A stretch of 64,000 bases of DNA from an uncultured Clostridia bacterium (GTDB taxonomy: Bacteria; Bacillota; Clostridia; Oscillospirales; Oscillospiraceae). Positions 62,685-64,000 of the stretch are shown piece after piece. The stretch lies in NCBI GenBank assembly GCA_945486035.1, contig CALYTB010000001.1:1846-65845 (forward strand). Reading direction: 5' to 3'. The translations under genes were made by a program, and so were the position numbers. Below the pieces are notes generated by a model. That model had not been told where the DNA came from. It saw nothing but the letters and a program-made list of their open reading frames with translations, and made no database searches. How positions within the stretch are numbered: the first letter of the stretch is position 1; each line of letters starts with the position of its first letter.

Positions 62685-64000
62685 TCAGGATTTGGAACGG
62701 GAAAGACGGCAGAACGTGGCACGCTGAGGGCAGTACCCCCGCTTGTGCAGGCAACGGTAATAGGCGGGGAACAGGAACAGGTCCGCCATGACCCAGGCCG
62801 CGGGGCTGGCGAAGCACACAGCGGTGAAGCCCAGCCAGGGCACCAGGCACAGCCCAAAGACGGCACGGGCCACCATCTCCATCACACCTGCAAGAACGGC
62901 AATCTCGGAATAGCCCATTCCCTGAATGGTGAAACGAAGGAGGTTTACAAACAGCAGCGGGATGTAGAACAGAGCGTTGACCATCAGAAACTGGCGGCTC
63001 AGCGGAATGACGGCAGCAACAGAGGCCTGATCCTCGGTATTCAGGAACAGCTGCGTCATCTCCCCGCCGCCGAAGTTCAGAGCCAGCAGAATCACAACGG
63101 AGTAGACACTGCCTAAGAGGGTACAGTCACGGATTCCCTGGTGGATACGCTCCGGCTTGCCGGCACCAAGGTTCTGGCCCGCGAAGGTGGCGGCAGTGGT
63201 GCCCATGGCATCAAAGGGGCATACACAGAGCATGCTGACCTTGCTTCCGGCGGTGACGGCAGCCATGGCACTGGCACCCAGACCGTTTACGGCAGACTGG
63301 AGCAAAATGCTTCCGATGGCGGTGATGGAATACTGCAGCCCCATGGGCAGTCCCATGGCCAGCAGATGAAACGCAAATACGGGCCGGAATACCAGGTCCT
63401 CCCGGCTCAGATGGAGAATGGGGAACTTACGGATCATGAAAAGAAGACACAGGATGCCGGAAACCAGCTGGCTGAGAAGGGTGGCCCAACCGGCTCCCGC
63501 CACGCCCATACGGAATACCACGATAAAGAGAATATCCAGGCCAACGTTCAGTACGCTGGAAAGGATCAGAAACATGAGGGGGGTCCGGGAGTCTCCCAGG
63601 GAACGGATAATGCCGGACAGCAGATTATAGAGCATGGTTGCCGGAATGCCCAAAAAGATGATGAAGATGTAATCGTAGGCGTAGGAGAAAACCTCCGCGG
63701 GGGTTCCCATCCAGCGAAGGACCTGATGACACATAGAGGTGGTGATCAGGGTCACCGCAATGGCAATGGAAGCGGTAAGCCAGACCATGTTGCCCACAAA
63801 ACGGCGAAGGTCATCATAGCTTTTTTGACCGAACTTCTGGGCAACGGGAATGGCAAAGCCCGCGCAGATGCCGTTGCACAGGCCCAGCACAAGAAAGTTG
63901 ATGGAGCCGGTGGAGCCCACACCGGCCAGTGCGTCCACACCCAGAAGCTTACCCACCACCATGGTATCCACCATGCTGTACAGCTGCTGGAACAGAAGCC
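62685..64000 (-). CDS. MATE family efflux transporter (5' end beyond window)
   Basis: LFQQLYSMVDTMVVG, RSLGDSRTPL, NVGLD, GQNLGAG; terminator at 62643-62676. Confidence 0.92.
   Translation of the reverse strand, partial: LLFQQLYSMVDTMVVGKLLGVDALAGVGSTGSINFLVLGLCNGICAGFAIPVAQKFGQKSYDDLRRFVGNMVWLTASIAIAVTLITTSMCHQVLRWMGTPAEVFSYAYDYIFIIFLGIPATMLYNLLSGIIRSLGDSRTPLMFLILSSVLNVGLDILFIVVFRMGVAGAGWATLLSQLVSGILCLLFMIRKFPILHLSREDLVFRPVFAFHLLAMGLPMGLQYSITAIGSILLQSAVNGLGASAMAAVTAGSKVSMLCVCPFDAMGTTAATFAGQNLGAGKPERIHQGIRDCTLLGSVYSVVILLALNFGGGEMTQLFLNTEDQASVAAVIPLSRQFLMVNALFYIPLLFVNLLRFTIQGMGYSEIAVLAGVMEMVARAVFGLCLVPWLGFTAVCFASPAAWVMADLFLFPAYYRCLHKRGYCPQRATFCRLSRSKS

Overview
A 64-kb chromosomal segment from a GC-rich, spore-forming clostridial Firmicute (most likely Oscillospiraceae; inferred from gene content and order). 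It carries mostly core genes: spmAB, abrB, rsmI, trmN6, a ferredoxin, a clpC paralog, the dcw cluster (mraZ-rsmH-ftsL-spoVD-murE-murF-mraY-ftsW/spoVE-murG-ftsQ-ftsZ), hslO, nfo, an FHA-RodA fusion plus PBP, a livKHMGF operon, a sipL-like gene, a COG0523 GTPase pair, a split sleC locus, asnB, pyk, carD, an ECF sigma/anti-sigma pair, uxaC-eda-kdgK, fumC and a MATE transporter. I found no rRNA, tRNA, CRISPR array, prophage or transposase. Notable non-gene signals: (1) eleven 176-244 bp intergenic elements, all bounded by the same 12-bp inverted motif AAATTGTTGTTT...AAACAACAATTT but carrying three unrelated REP-like palindrome doublets, with flipped spacers, swapped arms and compensatory stem changes; (2) an unannotated Leu/Ile/Val-rich leader peptide with mutually exclusive antiterminator/terminator hairpins ahead of the liv operon; (3) two candidate CU-rich sRNAs; (4) a deletion fusing a LysR HTH to a frameshifted malic-enzyme remnant; (5) an IS5-type MITE with a CTAA target duplication. 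Protein names come from motif recognition only; no database searches were run.
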